Positions 8,701-16,506 of a stretch of DNA of 64,000 nt are shown in pieces (position 1 is the stretch's first letter; the number at the start of each line of letters is the position of its first letter). The notes beneath the pieces are model-generated. The model worked only from the letters and a program-made list of their open reading frames with translations. It ran no database searches and was not told the origin of the DNA. Origin of the DNA: an uncultured Candidatus Saccharibacteria bacterium (GTDB taxonomy: Bacteria > Patescibacteriota > Minisyncoccia > Phycocordibacterales > UBA6065); contig CAYJCZ010000002.1 in the NCBI GenBank assembly GCA_964368835.1, positions 19,893 to 83,892 of the forward strand. Reading direction: 5' to 3'. The translations under genes and the position numbers were made by a program.

Positions 8701-11562
8701 AAGCTCGGCATTTCTGGTGACTATCCTATTTTGGTCGTAAAGATTAAAGATATCGAAGATATTCAAACTATAAAGCACGCGCTCCTTTGTCACACCTATT
8801 GGAAGCATAAAGGTCTTGAAATTGATTTGGTTATACTAAACCAGGAGCCTGCAAGCTATATCAAGGTGCTTGATGATGAAATTGATTTCCTCCTGCGACA
8901 GAGCAAGGGAGTTAAAAGCGATGTTGCCGGCAGCGCGATTCATCACGTGAAGTCCGACCTTACTGAGGAAAGCGACAAGAGGGTGCTCCTTCATATCGCA
9001 CGTGTGATTCTCGATAGCAAAGACGGAACGTTCAAGCAGCAGATTCGTGCGTTTTCAAAATTTGCCAAGCTTCCGAAATATCCTGGTAAGCACATGCCGA
9101 CGCTGCGCGCGGTTCATCATGTACAGAAACAGATTCCTGCGCTTCCAGATAGTCTTCAGTTTAAAAATGCGTGGGGTGGATTTGATGCGGAGAAATCTGA
9201 GTATGTTATGAACGTAAGTTCAAACAACTTGCCGTATGCGCCGTGGTCAAACATCATTACATCTCCACACTTTGGAACAGTGGTGACTGAATCAGGTTCA
9301 ATGTTTACGTGGAGCAAGGACAGCTATGACAACAGAATCACATCATGGAATAACGATCCTCTCGTATTCAAGAGCTCTGAAATTATTTATCTGCGTGATG
9401 AAGCAACTGGCGAAGTTTGGAATCCAACACCGATGCCGATTCGAACCAAAAATCCTTTCACGGTTCGTCACGGAAAAGGATATACAGTATTCGAGCACGC
9501 TCGTGGACCACTCGTATGTTCACTTGAGGTAACGGTTTCTCATGAAAAGCCTGTAAAAATTCTTACATTAAAGGTTAAAAACGGTGGAGCAAAGGCGCGC
9601 ACTCTCTCTGAAACGGTATATCTTGAGCCAGCGATGAATATGTTCCGTGATCATGTACGAGACTTCATTACCTATGAGCGAGACGAAAAGACTGGCGCAC
9701 TTTTCTTTAAACAATCATTCAGAAATCAACTTCCAGATTCTACTGCGTTTGCTGATTTGTCAGGTGGAACATTTACCATAACTACTGATAAAGCAGAATT
9801 TTTGGGTCGCCATGGATCATTCGAGTATCCTGCAGCTTTGAAGCGCGAGGGACTTTCAAACGAAATTATGTCGGGAACAACCAACTGTGCGGTTCTTCAG
9901 ACCACCTTTACTGTTGAACCAGGAGAAGAAAAAGAAATTGTCTTTTTCCTCGGTGAAATTCAGGGCAAGGTGCACGCTCAAGAAATAGTTGAATCTTTGC
10001 GAAATAAATTTATAGCAAAGGACACAAGAAAAGCAGTTACTGATTTCTGGAAGAATACGAATTCTCATATCACTATTTCATCACCTGATAAGAGTCTTGA
10101 TGTACTCTTTAATTCACAGCTTTTGTATCAGGCACTTTCATCACGTATTTGGGGAAAGACCGGCTACTATCAGCCATCAGGAGCGTTTGGATTCCGAGAC
10201 CAGCTCCAGGACATGTCTGCATTCATTTGGTCAAAGCCACATGATGTAAGGGAATTTATACTGAAAGCTGCCGCACATCAGTTTAAAGAGGGAGACGCAC
10301 TCAACTGGTGGCATGATCACAATAATTTCGGCGCACGATCGGTACTTTCTGATCACCAGCTCTGGCTTGTATATGTGACCCTCGATTACGTCGCAATCAC
10401 CGGCGATGAATCGATACTTGATGTTGAGATTCCATTCCTCGAAGGTCCTGCACTTAACTTTGCATATCAAAGAGAGTGGGCCGGCATACCAAAGGTCTCA
10501 AATGAAAAGGGAACGCTGTATGAACACTGCGTAAGAGCTCTCGCAAAAAGCTCGGTTCTGGGCGAGCACGAATTGCCACTTATAGGTCAAAGCGATTGGA
10601 ATGACAGCTTGAGCCGTGCTGGAATCTTGGGTCGAGGTGAAAGCGTGTGGAACGGATGGTTTTTGGGAATGCTCACACACAGATTCTCTGCAATCGCTCG
10701 CAAGCGTGGTGAGGTAGATAAGGCAGAATACTATGCGTCTTATTCACAAGGCCTCGCAAAAGCTCTCGAGAAGCACGCGTGGGATGGCAGGTGGTATAGA
10801 CGAGCGTTTCTTGATTCAGGAACAGTTCTTGGTTCAAGGAAACTCAGTGAATTTAAAATCGACTCAATCGCACAATCATGGGCGGTGCTCTCTGGTCTTG
10901 CTCCAAAGGATCATGTTGAAAAGGCGATGGACTCTACGTTTGCCGAACTTTTTGACGGATCAAATATGAAGCTTCTTACACCGGCTCTTAAAAATGCGCC
11001 TTTTGATCCAGGCTATTTGAAAGATTATCCACCAGGCGTTCGAGAAAATGGATCACAATACAACCATGCTGCGCTATGGGCAGTTCAGGCATTCTTTAAA
11101 TCAGGCAACGCAGACAATGCGATGAAGGTTCTTAATCTTATAAATCCATTCAAGCGCACAGATTCTCCAGAAAAATCAAAAGAATATCGTGTTGAGCCAT
11201 ATGTTGTTGCGTCAGATATTTATGCTGAACCATCATATAAGGGTAGAGGAGGATGGACATGGTACACAGGATCAGCAGGTGTTATGTATCGAACGATTCT
11301 TGAATATCTTTTCGGTGTTCGAGTTGAAGAAGGATACCTCGTGCTCAATCCATCATTGCCAAGCGATTGGACAACAGCAACGGTAAGTTATAACCGAGCG
11401 GGTACGATTTATAAGATTACGTATGAAAAGCCAGCGGATACTCTCGCTGATGTGTCTGAAGTGTCAGAAAACGGTGTGATTATGCCAGACAAGAAAATCC
11501 TTCTTTCAAAGGATGGAAAGACTCACGATATACGAGTGGTTCTAAAACCAAGAGGAAAGTAG
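2791..11562 (+). CDS. Giant (2923 aa) membrane glycosyltransferase/glycoside phosphorylase, cyclic beta-1,2-glucan synthase-like (Cgs/NdvB/ChvB architecture)
   Basis: Several TM segments in the N-terminal third. GT-A-like region with a DxD motif (ITLDEDTELP). C-terminal about 1000 aa shows GH94 (cellobiose-phosphorylase-like) signatures (GYYQPSGAFGFRDQLQDM, NWWHD, YNHAALWA). The overall size and domain order match known cyclic glucan synthases (about 2800-2900 aa). Confidence 0.65.
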   Translation: MLQIDTNELTEKARVLAHALGKNTSLISGGDASLVYFNEFKQSAHRVDSLYRKLVEEVGKQKHVTHEIESIFDNFFVVETAIFDIRNNLKKEDIRKLPLIKTAKNRSLPRLYYILSKLIEETNRTVDKDVINQFLATYQEYSPLSIRELYAIPGILQIVFVEHFGKLIEKAIDSLKEYEEAGKIVKKIKKEVGKKNLHNFTKIISELASDYSIVPLSLGFYLLQRLSPEGSSMRPILRWLKLNFEKQGINVKDLADLESRERGKNSVTASNIIESLHWLTQARWENIVEGINVVDSILAKDPSGAFPLMSMESKNHYRQVIVRIAETSSIHEAEVARTAVRLAIQAGATTEKGRIKDKAANIAEGHVGYYLIDDGRLLLESRIDYVPTFKEKLYRFITNNPSGVYFGGAITLDLLVTGVFSAMIIKSGAHPGLVAAATILSLFLNLEIALSLINVLLSRFLPVRKLASLDLSPGISEKQRTFVVIPTMMRSPESIKETMRKLEVRYLGNKGDNILYAILFGFKDADKEVLPGDDLLIETAKEEIAALNKKYPSIEKKFHVFYRKRRWNDKEATFMEWERKRGKLREFNMLLRGVRGTTFINESEMDSISRVQYVITLDEDTELPKDSARKLIGAISHPLNTPVFSKEGHMLERGFGIIQPRAGVRLVTAAKSIYSRLYSIGSGIDSYSNAISDVYQDLFGNALFFGKGIYDVDAIEKTMEGQIPDNTVLSHDLLEGVYARTGYASDVVLFDGFPNYYHEFSTRLHRWIRGDWQIIGWLKKKRWHISGTERTFTLVDRFKIFDNLRRSLVPVFTLALVAFVFFDRTSSFVIALHACIVLAAPSFFAFLNDLFSLKKIPFRIRILDVCKQFGYAMIHTILRAVFLVHHAAVSLSAIATTIWRLFVTRKNLLEWQNFADVGRKFKGRLYEFYRSMYITQLVPIVYFAHVFYTKTFDIESLLFAVAWFASPVVGYVVSRPLERVHEVSKDNERMLRSIAYKTARYFLDLSRRENNWLIQDHYQESPKISQVDRLTTSPTNLGMLFTSLFSSYELGYLPLDQFLQRSRRAFTSLLKLERYRGHLFNWYDIEKLEPLSPAYLSSVDSANFVTALITFRQGLRGISLRPIISDHSIRGIEDGLYSIKAEAYVLKKSIKSRAEKNLVKELCALAEKAYEKVKHAKQPKLFSDFYTLFGLIHADIVHIEKAVASLRADHAIVGADQLFFFVEHLAKLVEEELGFERYLLPHLHSRDHSIDTHVSRDEHLSKVYKQLIDLLETVPSLYDVGYKMMDQVKVFDFRKIAVESSLIPQTKEYVITWYDELLKDINRSQARAREFLTDLEAIERDATRFIDEPDFGFLYNKERGLFHIGYNATYERVDSACYNFLASESNLVSFIAILKNQVPQKHWFYLGRKLVRSGGQVALVSWGGSLFEYLTSLIYFKAHKESLLGSTARAAISIHRKHGFKRRIPWGMGESAYYLFDASKHYQYQVFGSPALGLKRGLADYQVIAPYVSALSLSYVPEAATKNLQKMATLGATGNFGFYDALDYMDESRALVPKPLPTRVYYAHHQGFTLLGIHNFLDTDRIRNLFHSDPSVASLEILLEEKMPATPAATTLSLPTRLPFTAATGVSDDGTESKQYIPVKTPHPQFALIGNGVYSTMVSNAGAGKSRYKKVSLTRFKDDTMLEESGTFVYVRNEKTKAIWSPTLRPLGGETKRHKVVYHENKAEFDTISGNVSSKFEIAVDPRDPVEVRSLTLTNTGETAERLSIASYGEVSLALESEESHHPQYQKLLVRSVFSEEFNALIYSRPYPGDRTRKIYFAHMLARDGFGKDKVYACADREFFIGRSRNIKDPMYFDRIEDAPIKEYTLDPIFSLSRTVELKSKESAKFVYVNIAHEDYESLMDLVHKYKRGGVGVNVISGALKASAERTRDIGITQSMAVLFQDLASRVLGGKNFERLEVPESPLPYIHSLWKLGISGDYPILVVKIKDIEDIQTIKHALLCHTYWKHKGLEIDLVILNQEPASYIKVLDDEIDFLLRQSKGVKSDVAGSAIHHVKSDLTEESDKRVLLHIARVILDSKDGTFKQQIRAFSKFAKLPKYPGKHMPTLRAVHHVQKQIPALPDSLQFKNAWGGFDAEKSEYVMNVSSNNLPYAPWSNIITSPHFGTVVTESGSMFTWSKDSYDNRITSWNNDPLVFKSSEIIYLRDEATGEVWNPTPMPIRTKNPFTVRHGKGYTVFEHARGPLVCSLEVTVSHEKPVKILTLKVKNGGAKARTLSETVYLEPAMNMFRDHVRDFITYERDEKTGALFFKQSFRNQLPDSTAFADLSGGTFTITTDKAEFLGRHGSFEYPAALKREGLSNEIMSGTTNCAVLQTTFTVEPGEEKEIVFFLGEIQGKVHAQEIVESLRNKFIAKDTRKAVTDFWKNTNSHITISSPDKSLDVLFNSQLLYQALSSRIWGKTGYYQPSGAFGFRDQLQDMSAFIWSKPHDVREFILKAAAHQFKEGDALNWWHDHNNFGARSVLSDHQLWLVYVTLDYVAITGDESILDVEIPFLEGPALNFAYQREWAGIPKVSNEKGTLYEHCVRALAKSSVLGEHELPLIGQSDWNDSLSRAGILGRGESVWNGWFLGMLTHRFSAIARKRGEVDKAEYYASYSQGLAKALEKHAWDGRWYRRAFLDSGTVLGSRKLSEFKIDSIAQSWAVLSGLAPKDHVEKAMDSTFAELFDGSNMKLLTPALKNAPFDPGYLKDYPPGVRENGSQYNHAALWAVQAFFKSGNADNAMKVLNLINPFKRTDSPEKSKEYRVEPYVVASDIYAEPSYKGRGGWTWYTGSAGVMYRTILEYLFGVRVEEGYLVLNPSLPSDWTTATVSYNRAGTIYKITYEKPADTLADVSEVSENGVIMPDKKILLSKDGKTHDIRVVLKPRGK

Positions 11563-12138
11563 GCCGGGCTTTTTGAAATCTACCTTCGGTACAGATTTAT
11601 AGTTAGGGTTTTTTACAAACTCAACTTTGCCGCTTTTCTCTACGACATAGTACGCTGCGCCGTGAAGTTTTCGGAAAGGTTCGTAATCAGCATGTCCAGG
11701 GAGGCTTACCGCGTCTTTTTCTTCAAAATTAACAGGGCTGTCATCAGATGTGACGAACCATGTTTTGCCGATGTTTACCGCAAGGTGCCCAGAGCCGCTT
11801 GGAATAAAGACAGAGTCGCCAGCTTTCACTTTGATTGCTTTAAAAGACTCAATTTCGTCATCAATAGGTTTACCTGCCGCATCGGTCTTGCGTACCTGCA
11901 TGATGATAATGCCTTCGCCGGAAAGGACCGAGTAGGTCTCATCAAGCTTACCTACGTGGTAATGGCCGTATGTCTTTATGTATTCGTCGCCAACAGTGCC
12001 GGTCTCCCAGACTGTTACATTTGTCTTGTTACTGCCTCCACGGATCATATGATAGTGAATTTGGGGCCCAGAAGCATTGGGATCCTTGAGAACTTCCTTC
12101 ATTTTCTCGTGTGTGCGCTCTGCGTATGGTTGTATCAT
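11542..12138 (-). CDS. Cupin-type (archaeal-type) glucose-6-phosphate isomerase
   Basis: 198 aa. Shows TYGHYH, PSGSGHLAVN and a C-terminal EKSGKVEFVKNPNYK region, close to the Pyrococcus/Thermococcus cupin PGI motifs TKGHFH, PPYWAHRTVN and IEENGEVKVVDNPRWK. Confidence 0.7.
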   Translation of the reverse strand: MIQPYAERTHEKMKEVLKDPNASGPQIHYHMIRGGSNKTNVTVWETGTVGDEYIKTYGHYHVGKLDETYSVLSGEGIIIMQVRKTDAAGKPIDDEIESFKAIKVKAGDSVFIPSGSGHLAVNIGKTWFVTSDDSPVNFEEKDAVSLPGHADYEPFRKLHGAAYYVVEKSGKVEFVKNPNYKSVPKVDFKKPGLLSSWF

Positions 12139-12205
12139 AGCTATATTCTAGCAGGGTTAGGGAATGCTACAATGAATAGATCAAGGTGCTATAATTTACC
12201 AAGCA

Positions 12206-13561
12206 ATGCGCCGTGTTTTATTTATAACCTTTTGTGCTCTTCTGCTCTCTTTTACTGGGGCTTCTCTTGTACATGGGCAACAAACAATACGAGTCGACGC
12301 ACAATCGCTTCTCCAAAAGGCGACTATCTTTTTCTCGCCACGTTCTGGAACTTTTTCTGAGGGAACTACGTTTGAGGTGCCTTTATATGTAGATACAAAG
12401 GGTCGCAGCGTAAACACATTCGATCTTGTTATAAAGTACGACCCAAAGAAGCTCGCAATTCTCCAACCGTCAGGCAGTCGCTCAATCATCGGTATTTGGG
12501 TTGAACCACCAAGCTATTCAAATACAGAAGGAATACTCAAACTCACCGGAGTAATTCCAGGTGGTATTAGTACTCAGAGCGGACTTATTACAACGATTAC
12601 ATTCAAAGCAATCGGACTAGGTGAGGCACGTGTGTCCGTATCAGAAACTTCTGAAGTGCTCGCAAATGATGGGTATGGTACGCGCGTAGAAATCAATTAC
12701 GATGTGGCTCAGTATTCTGTGATGGCAAAGGCTCCGGAGGGTGTACGAGTGTTCTCTGAGACACATCCATTCCAAGACGCATATTACAAGAACAACAATC
12801 CGATTATTTCATGGGAGAAACCATTAGACGTCTCTGGTTTTAGTTATGAAGTAGACGACAAACCATTTACTGTCCCTGACACTACCGTAGACACCGAGGA
12901 CACAACGATTTCTTTACCAAAGGTAAAAGAAGGTCTCACGTATTTCCATGTCAGAGCTGTTAAGAAGGGAGTTTGGGGAGGAACTTCTCATTTCCTCGTA
13001 CGCATTGATACACAGCCGCCGGCAAAGTTTACGCCAAAAGTTGAAATCTATACCGAGGCATTCAAGAAAAATAACGCCATGTTGTCTTTCTTTACAACCG
13101 ACTCGCTTTCAGGGGTAGATCATTATGAAGTTGCTGTTATAGATAAAAGCGACGCAAACGATGTGTCACCGCTCTTTGTTCAAACTCAGAGCCCGTATCA
13201 GCTTCCGACACAGTCTTCGGGAGATATTCGTGCAATCGTTCGAGTATTTGATACCGCTGGAAACGTTCGCGATGAATCAATCGACATAAATCTCGAGCCG
13301 ACACTTACAAAATGGTTTTTCGATAATTTGATCACCATCGTGCTCGGACTTCTCCTCTTGTTCGTAATTATCGAAATTCTCGTACATTATCTATTCGGTC
13401 ACCACATCCTAAATAGGGCAGTAAGGACGTTTAAGATTGTTGAGATGCAGGAACATGAAGCAGAGACCCCTCGAGTTTTGAATGCAAAACCAGTGGAGTT
13501 TATACAGAAGCCCGCTCCGCCAACATCCTCGCCAGAACAACCGCGGCAAGATAAACTATAG
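12206..13561 (+). CDS. Cell-surface protein: signal peptide, beta-sandwich (cohesin/Ig-like) repeats, C-terminal TM anchor
   Basis: N-terminal hydrophobic signal (LFITFCALLLSFTGASLVHG). C-terminal TM (LITIVLGLLLLFVIIEIL) followed by a charged tail. Internal beta-rich repeats. Confidence 0.45.
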   Translation: MRRVLFITFCALLLSFTGASLVHGQQTIRVDAQSLLQKATIFFSPRSGTFSEGTTFEVPLYVDTKGRSVNTFDLVIKYDPKKLAILQPSGSRSIIGIWVEPPSYSNTEGILKLTGVIPGGISTQSGLITTITFKAIGLGEARVSVSETSEVLANDGYGTRVEINYDVAQYSVMAKAPEGVRVFSETHPFQDAYYKNNNPIISWEKPLDVSGFSYEVDDKPFTVPDTTVDTEDTTISLPKVKEGLTYFHVRAVKKGVWGGTSHFLVRIDTQPPAKFTPKVEIYTEAFKKNNAMLSFFTTDSLSGVDHYEVAVIDKSDANDVSPLFVQTQSPYQLPTQSSGDIRAIVRVFDTAGNVRDESIDINLEPTLTKWFFDNLITIVLGLLLLFVIIEILVHYLFGHHILNRAVRTFKIVEMQEHEAETPRVLNAKPVEFIQKPAPPTSSPEQPRQDKL

Positions 13562-13592
13562 GTCTAGATTAATATTGTAATTACATTTCGTC

Positions 13593-14123
13593 ATGAAAGT
13601 TGTCATTGGATTTGTTGTAGCGATAGCACTGGTGTCAGGTATTTGGTATATGTCGAATAGTTCAAAAAATGGAGGCACAGAAAACGGTATGGAGGATTCA
13701 TCTTCTACAAAAGAAGAAGTTATGAGTGTTGGTTCAGTAAGCGAACTCGCAGCAAAGGGTGGTCAGTACAAGTGTACATTTAGCATTGTTGATCCTAATG
13801 CCGATTCTTCAGGCACTGTATATATAGATGGAAAGAAGTTCCGTGGTGATTTCACAAGCACCGTAAAGGCAATTAACCAGACGGTTTCTACACATAGCCT
13901 TAGTGACGGCGCATATTCATACACATGGACAGAGAATACTAATACAGGCTTCAAGGTTCCTGTGATAAGTACTGGATCAGGTTCAGGTGCAATGTCAGGC
14001 ACGATGGATTTCTCAGCTTTTGGTGCGCAGGGTAATTGGCAATGTGCAGGGGCAAAGTTTGATGAGACGACATTTGCTATCCCAGCAAACATTAATTTTA
14101 TTGAAAGCCCAGCCCAGCGGTAA
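13593..14123 (+). CDS. Hypothetical secreted/membrane-anchored protein
   Basis: N-terminal TM (VVIGFVVAIALVSGIWYM), Ser/Thr/Gly-rich, two Cys. Ends at a strong terminator. Confidence 0.4.
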   Translation: MKVVIGFVVAIALVSGIWYMSNSSKNGGTENGMEDSSSTKEEVMSVGSVSELAAKGGQYKCTFSIVDPNADSSGTVYIDGKKFRGDFTSTVKAINQTVSTHSLSDGAYSYTWTENTNTGFKVPVISTGSGSGAMSGTMDFSAFGAQGNWQCAGAKFDETTFAIPANINFIESPAQR

Positions 14124-14153
14124 AGAAATAAGACAGGCATAGGAAAATAAAAA

Positions 14154-14181
14154 ATCGCGAGGCCATCCTCGCGATTTTGTT
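14154..14181. terminator. Bidirectional rho-independent terminator
   Basis: Hairpin atcgcgag/ctcgcgat flanked by an A-run upstream and tttgtttt downstream, between convergent genes. Confidence 0.6.
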
Positions 14182-14196
14182 TTGGCACAAACTTTG

Positions 14197-15036
14197 TCAG
14201 ACTGCGGCCTTTTGTCTGTGCATTTTGACCGTCAGTTTCGCCCACTCATCAAGCCACCTGATAAAGAAAACAGGAGTCGGTGGTTGGAATTCTTTGCGTT
14301 CGACGAACGTGTTGTTTTCGTAGAGCGTCTGTGGATTGATCCATGTCCGGAAAATAAAATCCGGGATAGGAATTCCAAAGAATCCTGAGATCGATTCGTT
14401 CGAGAGCGTGTCCGCATGATGCCGGAGATGAAAAGAGTAGACTTTTCTCCAGAACGATCCGAATGTTGGATGTTCAAGATAGGGTTGCCACTTTTCAACA
14501 GGCTTATGCTCGAGAGCGTGTAACAGTTCGTAGAGAGTAAGTCCCCAGGCGATCGCTGTGTATCCCGGCAGAAAGACTGGCACTTGTGGCCAAATCCATT
14601 TGACGAGCAAAAACAAGGGCGTCGCGATGAGAGAAAACACAATAAACGAATACGCTGGGAAAAACGATGCTTCGTGCTGTTTGGCCTCGAGAATCGGGAA
14701 TTTATTTTCAACACCGGTACCCGTGCGAGGTTGTCTGATGTAGGTGAGACTGTGATGCAAAGTATGCTGCTTGTAAAAGTAGGCAAACAAAGGAATCACA
14801 GGTGCATGGAGCACATAGCGATGAAAGAAAAATTCCACAAATGCCGAGAGCATGTGTGCAGAAAGGAAAGCGACCGTTAGAGGAAGCAATCCCGAACGAA
14901 CCTCATCGATCAAAACGTGTGGCGCAAAATATGCGACGCACGTAAAGGAAAGAAGGAGGGACGATATGATGACGATGGCAAAGAACAAAACTGAAAATCG
15001 CTCTTCAGGTTCGTCTTGAATATGTGTATGAGGCAT
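14197..15036 (-). CDS. Fatty-acid hydroxylase / sterol-desaturase superfamily membrane protein
   Basis: Multiple TM helices and three His boxes (HRYVLH, HTLHH, HLRHH) characteristic of di-iron membrane hydroxylases/desaturases. Confidence 0.5.
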   Translation of the reverse strand: MPHTHIQDEPEERFSVLFFAIVIISSLLLSFTCVAYFAPHVLIDEVRSGLLPLTVAFLSAHMLSAFVEFFFHRYVLHAPVIPLFAYFYKQHTLHHSLTYIRQPRTGTGVENKFPILEAKQHEASFFPAYSFIVFSLIATPLFLLVKWIWPQVPVFLPGYTAIAWGLTLYELLHALEHKPVEKWQPYLEHPTFGSFWRKVYSFHLRHHADTLSNESISGFFGIPIPDFIFRTWINPQTLYENNTFVERKEFQPPTPVFFIRWLDEWAKLTVKMHRQKAAV

Positions 15037-15093
15037 GTTCAGACCTTCTGTTGTTGAGTTGGAAGAGGAAGGGTTTCGAGACTAGTATAACAT

Positions 15094-15145
15094 TTCTGGA
15101 TATTTGAGAGCTCAGAGGGGATTTTGGAGAAAAAGAAAACCGCCC
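15094..15145. repeat. Copy 1 of an about 52-bp direct repeat (3' flank/terminator module of a small minus-strand gene)
   Basis: ttctggatatttgagagctcagaggggattttggagaaaaagaaaaccgccc is about 94% identical to 15659-15711. It continues into a terminator hairpin aaaccgcccaac...gttgggcggttt on the minus strand. Confidence 0.7.
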
Positions 15146-15189
15146 AACAGATGAACCGTTGGGCGGTTTCTGTATGGGCGGAATGATTG

Positions 15190-15474
15190 TTACCAGGTGG
15201 CCTCACCTAATTTATACCAACCGCGACGGCGTTCAGAATCAAAGTAACCATGCATTTTGGCACGATTGCCGTCATTAACGAGATAACCCTTGAAGAGCCA
15301 ATTTTCACCAGAGCCGTCCTCCCATGAAAGGGTATTGATGACTATCTGGGCACTACCATTCATTGCTCCGTCGTTGTATCGGAACTCGACTGAACGCCGA
15401 TGGCCGTTCACTCGGTCAGCGAAGGCGATAATTAAGTCGAACTTGGACGGACCACCAACTATGTTGTATTGCAT
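15190..15474 (-). CDS. Hypothetical small protein (94 aa)
   Basis: ORF only. Flanked on both sides by the 52-bp repeat copies. Confidence 0.3.
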   Translation of the reverse strand: MQYNIVGGPSKFDLIIAFADRVNGHRRSVEFRYNDGAMNGSAQIVINTLSWEDGSGENWLFKGYLVNDGNRAKMHGYFDSERRRGWYKLGEATW

Positions 15475-15658
15475 TGTACTACTTTCCCTGAGTTTGCTTC
15501 AGATGGCAGAAGCAACTATGCCCATATTCCCGTCCCATAAAATGGGGTGAAACGACCTTGTCATACAACAAGGAATTTATTCTAATTTAATTATATCATA
15601 GTTTAGCTATATAGTCAATTATTGTGGACTTAGTCGAAGAAAGTTGGAACCAACTACA

Positions 15659-15711
15659 TTCTTGGATATTTGAGAGCTCTGAGGCGATTTTGGAGAAAAA
15701 GAAAACCGCCC
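15659..15711. repeat. Copy 2 of the about 52-bp direct repeat
   Basis: ttcttggatatttgagagctctgaggcgattttggagaaaaagaaaaccgccc. Lies just 3' of ORF 15743..15991 on the minus strand. Confidence 0.7.
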
Positions 15712-15742
15712 TGAGGGAGAGCTGGGCAGCTTCCTGTGGCGG

Positions 15743-15991
15743 TTAGTTGTTCGAATTTTTTTCCTGCTTTGCAGGAATTTTCTTTCCTCTTGCAAGAGCG
15801 AGAGTTAGGTGCACTCTGTCAACAATTGGGGTTGTGTCGATTTTGTGATCTTCCAGGTATTGGCGTGCTTCCTTGAGGGAAACACGCTGATGAGGAGCGT
15901 CACTGTCCATTTGCTTTTGATTGTCTATCATTTTTAGAAGGTAGTGTAGAGTATCCGATTCAAAATTAGCACATAATAGAGGTATTGTCAA
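15743..15991 (-). CDS. Hypothetical small protein (82 aa)
   Basis: ORF only. Confidence 0.3.
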   Translation of the reverse strand: MTIPLLCANFESDTLHYLLKMIDNQKQMDSDAPHQRVSLKEARQYLEDHKIDTTPIVDRVHLTLALARGKKIPAKQEKNSNN

Positions 15992-16082
15992 ATAGTAGAT
16001 TCAAAGGATGAGACAGAAAGGAGGAACACAAGGAGGGAGTGGAACAAGAAAAAGTCCTGCATTGCTGCAGGACGGGAAGTGA

Positions 16083-16502
16083 TCACTTTACCTCTTCAAT
16101 TGATCCGGGGTGGAGCTCCCTAAGAAGCACGAATTGATTTCGATAGAAAATTTTCCTTGCACTTTCGTAAATCGAATGTATTTCTCCATCCGATGGTTCG
16201 TAGCAAAGATAGTTAATCTTGCCGTTTACGTTTACTTGGGTTCCGAGGGCTACGATTTCTGCCGGAACGGGTACGTTCTTCAAATCAAACAACTCTTTGA
16301 GGTGACCAAACGTTGCTTTGCCTCGAATCATAGACTCGAGCATGCTCCTGCTGTGGCTAAGTGAATTGTAACCATCTGAGCTTACTAACCAGAGGCCATT
16401 TCCAACAGGGATGACCTTTTCCATGTAGCTATGCATTGTAAAAATTCTTTGTGGGATTGTGCGACTGAAAACACCATAACAATAAGTTATGGTGTTTGTC
16501 AA
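16083..16502 (-). CDS. Hypothetical protein (139 aa)
   Basis: ORF begins 4 nt after the tmRNA 3' end on the same strand. Confidence 0.35.
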   Translation of the reverse strand: MTNTITYCYGVFSRTIPQRIFTMHSYMEKVIPVGNGLWLVSSDGYNSLSHSRSMLESMIRGKATFGHLKELFDLKNVPVPAEIVALGTQVNVNGKINYLCYEPSDGEIHSIYESARKIFYRNQFVLLRELHPGSIEEVK

Positions 16503-16506
16503 TAGT

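Noticed and set aside
11662-12360. 232-aa plus-strand ORF antisense to the cupin PGI gene
   Set aside because: It is entirely antisense to a well-supported gene and its sequence has no protein-like features (Cys/Phe-rich, no motifs).
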